The translations under genes and the position numbers were made by a program. A DNA stretch of 64,000 nt from Octopus vulgaris (Eukaryota): contig OX597828.1 of assembly GCA_951406725.2 (NCBI GenBank), positions 74,028,001 through 74,092,000 on the forward strand. The letters run 5' to 3'. The first letter of the stretch is position 1, and every line of letters starts with the position of its first letter. This document shows, piece after piece, positions 59,212 to 64,000 of the stretch. Under the pieces are notes generated by a model, which was given only the letters and a program-made list of their open reading frames with translations, was not told the DNA's origin and did not search any database.

Positions 59212-61539
59212 TTATTGCTTATTTAGCTTGGGTTCGAATTTATCAATAAAATTCTTTTCTCTGATTTTCCTCTCGATTTCACTTGGGCTGTGTAATTTGT
59301 AGAATGGAAATATTATATATATTTTCCGACCACATGTTGCTAGGTGGTTACTCAAAGGTATCTGACGGACCTCTGGGTCTCTAATCTGTTGCCGGTGTAC
59401 ACGTGAGCGTTCTAATAGTGCGTTTCCCGTCTGACCTACATATATTTCTTCACAATTTGGGCATTTGATGCAGTAAATTAAATTTCTGCTTTTGCAGTTC
59501 ATATTCGCGTTTGTGAATATTTTCCCGGTTTTTGTGTTTATATATTGACCGGTATGTATGAATTGGCATGTGCCACATCGGCTATCATTGCATTTAGATA
59601 CCGTGAATGTTTGGTCTTTGTTGCTGAGGTCAAATTTTGCCTTTGTTAGTAATGTTTTCAAGTTTTTAGGCTGTCTTTTACTAAGCACCATAGCTCGATC
59701 CTTGATTATGTCTTTTAATTCATTACTTTGGGCAATGATTGGTAGGTTTGCTTTGGCAATGTTGAAGATATTCTGGTGACATGGGTTGTGTGTCACTATG
59801 AATGGTATGACTTGTTCTTGTTTTCCTCTTCCTTGGGTTGTCCTAAGTTGTTGTATAGGTATTTTTATAGCCCGCTGTATGCCATTTTCTATAAGTAGAG
59901 ATGGGTATTTTTGTTTGAGCAAAAATTCTCTTAGTTCTATTAGGCGTTTGTTCCTGATATTTGCATCTTCTACAATAGTACAAATTCTTCTGGCTAGGCA
60001 GTATGGGATGTTACGTTTTGTATGTGGTGGATGGCACGACTTAAAATTTAGGTATTGATGTGTGTCTGTGTGTTTATAGTATATATCTGTGGTGATGGTG
60101 GTGTCTTTTTTAATTACCATTATATCCAGGAATGGTAATTTGGTACTACTCATCTCCTTTGTAAATTTGAGAGATGGGTGTAGGTTGTTCAGGAGGATAT
60201 TGAACTCTTCCAGAGTATTTAGAGATTCTGTCCAGATTATGAAACAGTCGTCTAGGTATCTCTTCCATGCCTTTTCAATATACTTTCTAAATCCAGTGCC
60301 ATAGTTTACCTCCACCTCTTGGTAGAGTTGTTCTTCTAAGTATCCCATTACAGAGTTGGCGTAAACGGGAGCAAACCTCGTTCCCATCGCCGTGCCTCTA
60401 ATTTGGATGTAATTCTTTCCATTGAAGAAGAATGTGTTATTTTCTAGAATAAGTTTGACTGTGTCTAATATAAATGGCACTGTGAATCTGCTGGGAATCA
60501 CTTCTCTATGTTTTTCTAACCAGTATTTAATCGCCTTTATTCCTAAATCGTGTAGAATATTGGTGTAGAGGCTTACCACATCAAAACTTAGTAAAACTGA
60601 ATTTGTTTCTGTTGTTTTGGGAAGATGGGACAGGAAGTCGATGTCATCCCTGATGAAACTTGGTATGTAAGTACATAGTGCTTTCAAAACAATGTCAATA
60701 AAATTGCTTAGACGGTGTGTAGGGCATGCTGGACCAGCTATAATAGGTCTAAGTTTTAGGTCTTTTGGATGTAATAATTTTATGTACTCACTTTCTTGTT
60801 CTTTTACTGCCTGTTGAATGTTTTTTGATTTGTGTATTTTTGGTAAGCCGTAGAAGTTGCTGGGTTTTGGTTCAAAATTGGTGATGTAGTCTTTTTCATT
60901 ATCCGTAAGTGAGTTGTGGTGTGTTGAAATCAGGTTGTTGATCTTTTTCATGATGTGGTGGTCTATATTTGCGGGTATTTCACAATAGAAGGTTGTATCC
61001 TTCAGTTGGTCTTCAACCAAATCCTTATAGTATTCGGTATCCATAATAACAATTGCACCACCTTTATCTGCTTGTTTAATTATTATTGTTTGATCGTTTT
61101 GTATACGTTTACATGCAGACATCTCTGATTTGCTAATGTTTGGCCTAACATTGGTATTGCGTCTAAGGGGAAATTTAGACAGGATATCAATGTATTGGTC
61201 AAGGTAGTTATTTCTTCCTTTTGGTGGGGTGAAATTTGATTTATTCCTTACTAGGGATTCATCAATCTCATTACTTTTGTTAGCGAAGAATTCTACAAGT
61301 CGTAATTTTCGACAGAATTTTTGGATATCCTCCTTTAATTCTTGGTGGTTGGCTGTTGGTGTAGGTGTGAATTTCAGTCCTTTTGACAGAAGTTGGATTT
61401 CATCATTGTCAAGATCTCTTTTTGATAAATTAATTATTTTAGGATCTATACGTTCAGTTGTTTGGGGTATGTTTCCTCTTGGATTTTTTCTTTCTCCGGT
61501 GTTTGTTGTCCTGACGTAAAAAAATGGATTTTTTTCTGG
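59212..61539 (-). CDS. PLE reverse transcriptase + Cys-linker + GIY-YIG endonuclease (open frame stop-to-stop; first ATG only at 61122)
   Basis: IINLSKRDL..EIQLLSKGLKFTPTP upstream of the ATG (manual translation); ADKGG, FYGLPKIHK, LRPIIA, FDVVSLYT, GTAMG, RYLDD; CNDSRCGTC linker; LIYCIKCPNC..YVGQT..R..H..H. Confidence 0.95.
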   Translation of the reverse strand, partial: PEKNPFFYVRTTNTGERKNPRGNIPQTTERIDPKIINLSKRDLDNDEIQLLSKGLKFTPTPTANHQELKEDIQKFCRKLRLVEFFANKSNEIDESLVRNKSNFTPPKGRNNYLDQYIDILSKFPLRRNTNVRPNISKSEMSACKRIQNDQTIIIKQADKGGAIVIMDTEYYKDLVEDQLKDTTFYCEIPANIDHHIMKKINNLISTHHNSLTDNEKDYITNFEPKPSNFYGLPKIHKSKNIQQAVKEQESEYIKLLHPKDLKLRPIIAGPACPTHRLSNFIDIVLKALCTYIPSFIRDDIDFLSHLPKTTETNSVLLSFDVVSLYTNILHDLGIKAIKYWLEKHREVIPSRFTVPFILDTVKLILENNTFFFNGKNYIQIRGTAMGTRFAPVYANSVMGYLEEQLYQEVEVNYGTGFRKYIEKAWKRYLDDCFIIWTESLNTLEEFNILLNNLHPSLKFTKEMSSTKLPFLDIMVIKKDTTITTDIYYKHTDTHQYLNFKSCHPPHTKRNIPYCLARRICTIVEDANIRNKRLIELREFLLKQKYPSLLIENGIQRAIKIPIQQLRTTQGRGKQEQVIPFIVTHNPCHQNIFNIAKANLPIIAQSNELKDIIKDRAMVLSKRQPKNLKTLLTKAKFDLSNKDQTFTVSKCNDSRCGTCQFIHTGQYINTKTGKIFTNANMNCKSRNLIYCIKCPNCEEIYVGQTGNALLERSRVHRQQIRDPEVRQIPLSNHLATCGRKIYIIFPFYKLHSPSEIERKIREKNFIDKFEPKLNKQ

Positions 61540-61781
61540 TTATGATTTATATTCCTGTTGATGTTTGCTTGATGAATTTTGCGTTTTGGTTGTGGTACTT
61601 TACTTGGTTTCGTTATGTTTTCTGTCTTGTTTTTGGTATTATGTATGCTACTTTTCAATTTCTTGTTAGCATTGTTTTTAACCACCTGGAGAAATGATCT
61701 GGGTTTACTTCTAGATCTAGATCGGTTTTTTGTCCAGTTTCTTGTGGGTAATCTCTGTTGAGGTCTTGAAAATGATCTCTG
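61446..61781 (-). CDS. Probable basic C-terminal continuation of ORF1 (RSRSRS, K/N-rich), overlapping the RT frame
   Basis: Open frame QRSFSRPQQRLPTRNWTKNRSRSRSKPRSFLQVVKNN..QKKIHFFTS; -1 relative to ORF1, and RT is -1 relative to it. Confidence 0.5.
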   Translation of the reverse strand, partial: QRSFSRPQQRLPTRNWTKNRSRSRSKPRSFLQVVKNNANKKLKSSIHNTKNKTENITKPSKVPQPKRKIHQANINRNINHNQKKIHFFTSGQQTPEKEKIQEETYPKQLNV

Positions 61782-62737
61782 TTATTTCTACTGCTAATGG
61801 TCTGTTCAACACAATATCTATTTTGTTTGTGCTTTTTGTTCATGTTGTGTGCATTAGGGTGTTTGCATACAAAATGGGAAGAGTTCTTACCGTAGTTCGT
61901 CTTCGATTCGTGGTGAAACGGGTGTTCATGTTGCCACGTGTTCTGGTGTATGTTGCGTTGGTGAGGTTGTCCACTTTTAATGCTATTTCTCGGAGTTCTG
62001 GTGTCTTTACCGTAATTTGTAGCATATTTGTCGAGAAATAATTGTTTCCGCTGCCAAAACTTTCTTGATCTGCTTTCTTCTTTTGAGATATCTCTGATCC
62101 ATAGTTCTCGCATTTTTTCTGCTATATTGCCGGTCGTTAGTTTGGATATTTCATCTCTGATTTGATCATCGATAGCTTCGTATTTGGCTTTGTAGCGGGA
62201 TTGTTTAGACAGGGTAATGGAGATGTCGGTCCTGAATTTTATCAAACTAAGGTCCCATCGAAGTTTAGTTTCTTCCTCTGGTTCTCCTGCAATTTCTTTA
62301 ATTAGGTACTTCCGAGGAAGTATGGGTGCCGCTAAAGATATCCATTTCGAATGTATTTCAGCATATTTTTCGCATTTATATGCCTTCCAGAAGTTTTGTT
62401 TTCTTATGTTAAGGAGTTTTTTCCATGTCTTCTGTATCTCTTCTCTTTTTCGGTGTGCCTCTTTTTCCAGATTTCTTTCGTTTATTTCTGACATCCAAGG
62501 AGGTTGTGGTAGGCTTTCTCTTGTAGATTTTATAATTGTTGGTATCATTTCAGCTAAATTCTTAATTTCAGAGTTTATGTGTTCATTTCCAAGTTTTCCG
62601 TCTGTAGACTGTTTTTCTATTTCCTTTAAAATAGAGGATTGTGTGTCAATCATCGTGATGAGTGTTGATAATTTCGATGAAATTTCCATTAGAATTCTTT
62701 CGGATTCTGTTAATTTTGTTTGTTGCTTTCCAGACAT
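61655..62737 (-). CDS. PLE ORF1, predicted helical/coiled-coil protein (360 aa as read)
   Basis: Non-repetitive ORF starting ccaacATG 41 nt after the 5' pLTR; WKKLLNIRK..FW, LPRKY, EPEEE, W..D..KEE..S..FW motifs. Confidence 0.8.
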   Translation of the reverse strand: MSGKQQTKLTESERILMEISSKLSTLITMIDTQSSILKEIEKQSTDGKLGNEHINSEIKNLAEMIPTIIKSTRESLPQPPWMSEINERNLEKEAHRKREEIQKTWKKLLNIRKQNFWKAYKCEKYAEIHSKWISLAAPILPRKYLIKEIAGEPEEETKLRWDLSLIKFRTDISITLSKQSRYKAKYEAIDDQIRDEISKLTTGNIAEKMRELWIRDISKEESRSRKFWQRKQLFLDKYATNYGKDTRTPRNSIKSGQPHQRNIHQNTWQHEHPFHHESKTNYGKNSSHFVCKHPNAHNMNKKHKQNRYCVEQTISSRNNRDHFQDLNRDYPQETGQKTDLDLEVNPDHFSRWLKTMLTRN

Positions 62738-62942
62738 GTTGGCATATACACAATAGGAATATAGATATATATATATATGGGGGTGTGTGATTGTGTATAG
62801 AAGAATATATTAATAAAAAGAATTCCAACCTTGTCTGATTTTCACGTTTTATTTACAATCTTATAATGATATATTATAAGATAATATATTATAATTGAAT
62901 AAAATAAAATGAAATAGTAGAATGTTAAATATTCATTCTGAT

Positions 62943-62987
62943 TGAACTAGTACTTTCATGCATTGAATTCTGCAATCTTCGGGTTCA
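62943..62987 (-). ncRNA. pLTR minimal hammerhead, 5' copy
   Basis: Identical to 58673-58717. Confidence 0.75.
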
Positions 62988-63025
62988 TGTAGTAGTGTTG
63001 ACAGTCATGCTTCACAATTTTTGTG

Positions 63026-64000
63026 AAGACAGCCTAAAAACTTGAAAACATTACTAACAAAGGCAAAATTTGACCTCAGCAACAAAGACCAAACATTCAC
63101 GGTATCTAAATGCAATGATAGCCGATGTGGCACATGCCAATTCATACATACCGGTCAATATATAAACACAAAAACCGGGAAAATATTCACAAACGCGAAT
63201 ATGAACTGCAAAAGCAGAAATTTAATTTACTGCATCAAATGCCCAAATTGTGAAGAAATATATGTAGGTCAGACGGGAAACGCACTATTAGAACGCTCAC
63301 GTGTACACCGGCAACAGATTAGAGACCCAGAGGTCCGTCAGATACCTTTGAGTAACCACCTAGCAACATGTGGTCGGAAAATATATATAATATTTCCATT
63401 CTACAAATTACACAGCCCAAGTGAAATCGAGAGGAAAATCAGAGAAAAGAATTTTATTGATAAATTCGAACCCAAGCTAAATAAGCAATAATAATAATAC
63501 TTAGAGGTATTACTTCCACTGCTACGACCATGACCACTAACAACAACAACAATACTAAAGGTGATCAAGACGAAGATAGCAGGAAAATTATCTTATTTAG
63601 GGTTAAAAGTTCTATTGCCACCACCATCACCACTAGCAACAATAATTAAGGTGCTGACAATGATGATGATGACAATTGAAATATAAAAATATAAAAATCT
63701 CTGACAAAGGATATTTACAACATTTCTAAAAATAACCCAACAATTGCTGCTTCGGCCAGGGTCAAGATACAGGACTCTTGACCTGTCCAACAAAGCGTGA
63801 TGCCTAAACCAATCAGCTCAACCAACCAATCAGCTTAAGTAATTGAGTGATACTACACACTGATTGGTCAGAATACAGTTTGCAAAACCTAGCACTCTGG
63901 AGCCTACCCAGCTGTATTTATAGCACAGAATCACTCATCTTGCTACAGTCAAAAATTGTGAAGCATGACTGTCAACACTACTACATGAACCCGAAGATTG
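63026..64000 (+). mobile_element. Inverted, 5'-truncated copy of the same PLE (EN domain + 3' UTR/pLTR), running off the window
   Basis: Reverse complement of 58703-59677 with no net indel; ORF 63042-63491 translates identically to the EN C-terminus. Confidence 0.95.

Larger units (their letters stand above)
58509..63023 (-). mobile_element. Near full-length Penelope-like retroelement (EN+, Neptune-like) with 245-bp direct pseudo-LTRs, inserted in (TA)n
   Basis: 58509-58753 equals 62779-63023 (offset 4270); encloses ORF1 and the RT-GIY-YIG ORF; 3' end abuts (TA)n. Confidence 0.95.

Noticed and set aside
59212-61122. Telomerase, or Naiad/Chlamys-type (selenoprotein) PLE
   Set aside because: The GIY-YIG domain is C-terminal, there is no in-frame TGA, and the pLTR structure marks a canonical-order PLE
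59558-62756. Plus-strand ORFs (e.g. 62217-62756, 179 aa) within the PLE
   Set aside because: Antisense shadows of the real minus-strand ORFs; no motifs

Overview
AT-rich eukaryotic (animal) DNA saturated with microsatellites and transposable elements. The SINE families resemble octopus SINEs, so a cephalopod source is inferred but not verified. Nearly all supplied ORFs are microsatellite artefacts, and no host gene can be firmly called (one candidate head-to-head first-exon pair at about 46.9-47.1 kb). The main feature is a young, near full-length Penelope-like retroelement (PLE; RT + Cys-rich linker + GIY-YIG, Neptune-like) at 58509-63023 (-), followed by an inverted 3' copy running off the window. 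Unlike canonical single-ORF EN+ PLEs, it has a long upstream helical/basic ORF1. Its RT frame lacks an ATG upstream of the conserved N-terminal motif and would be entered by a -1 shift at U_UUU_UUU. Its pseudo-LTR holds a minimal hammerhead ribozyme (HHR). About a dozen further minimal hammerhead-like folds from several unrelated families, some canonical and many with variant cores, lie in short elements mostly abutting (TA)n tracts, several as fold-back pairs. Also present: several tRNA-derived SINE families, Tx1/L1, R4/Dong and Hero-like LINE fragments, a Tc1 relic, and hAT and mariner MITEs. All coordinates were read by eye; ends of degenerate repeats are approximate.
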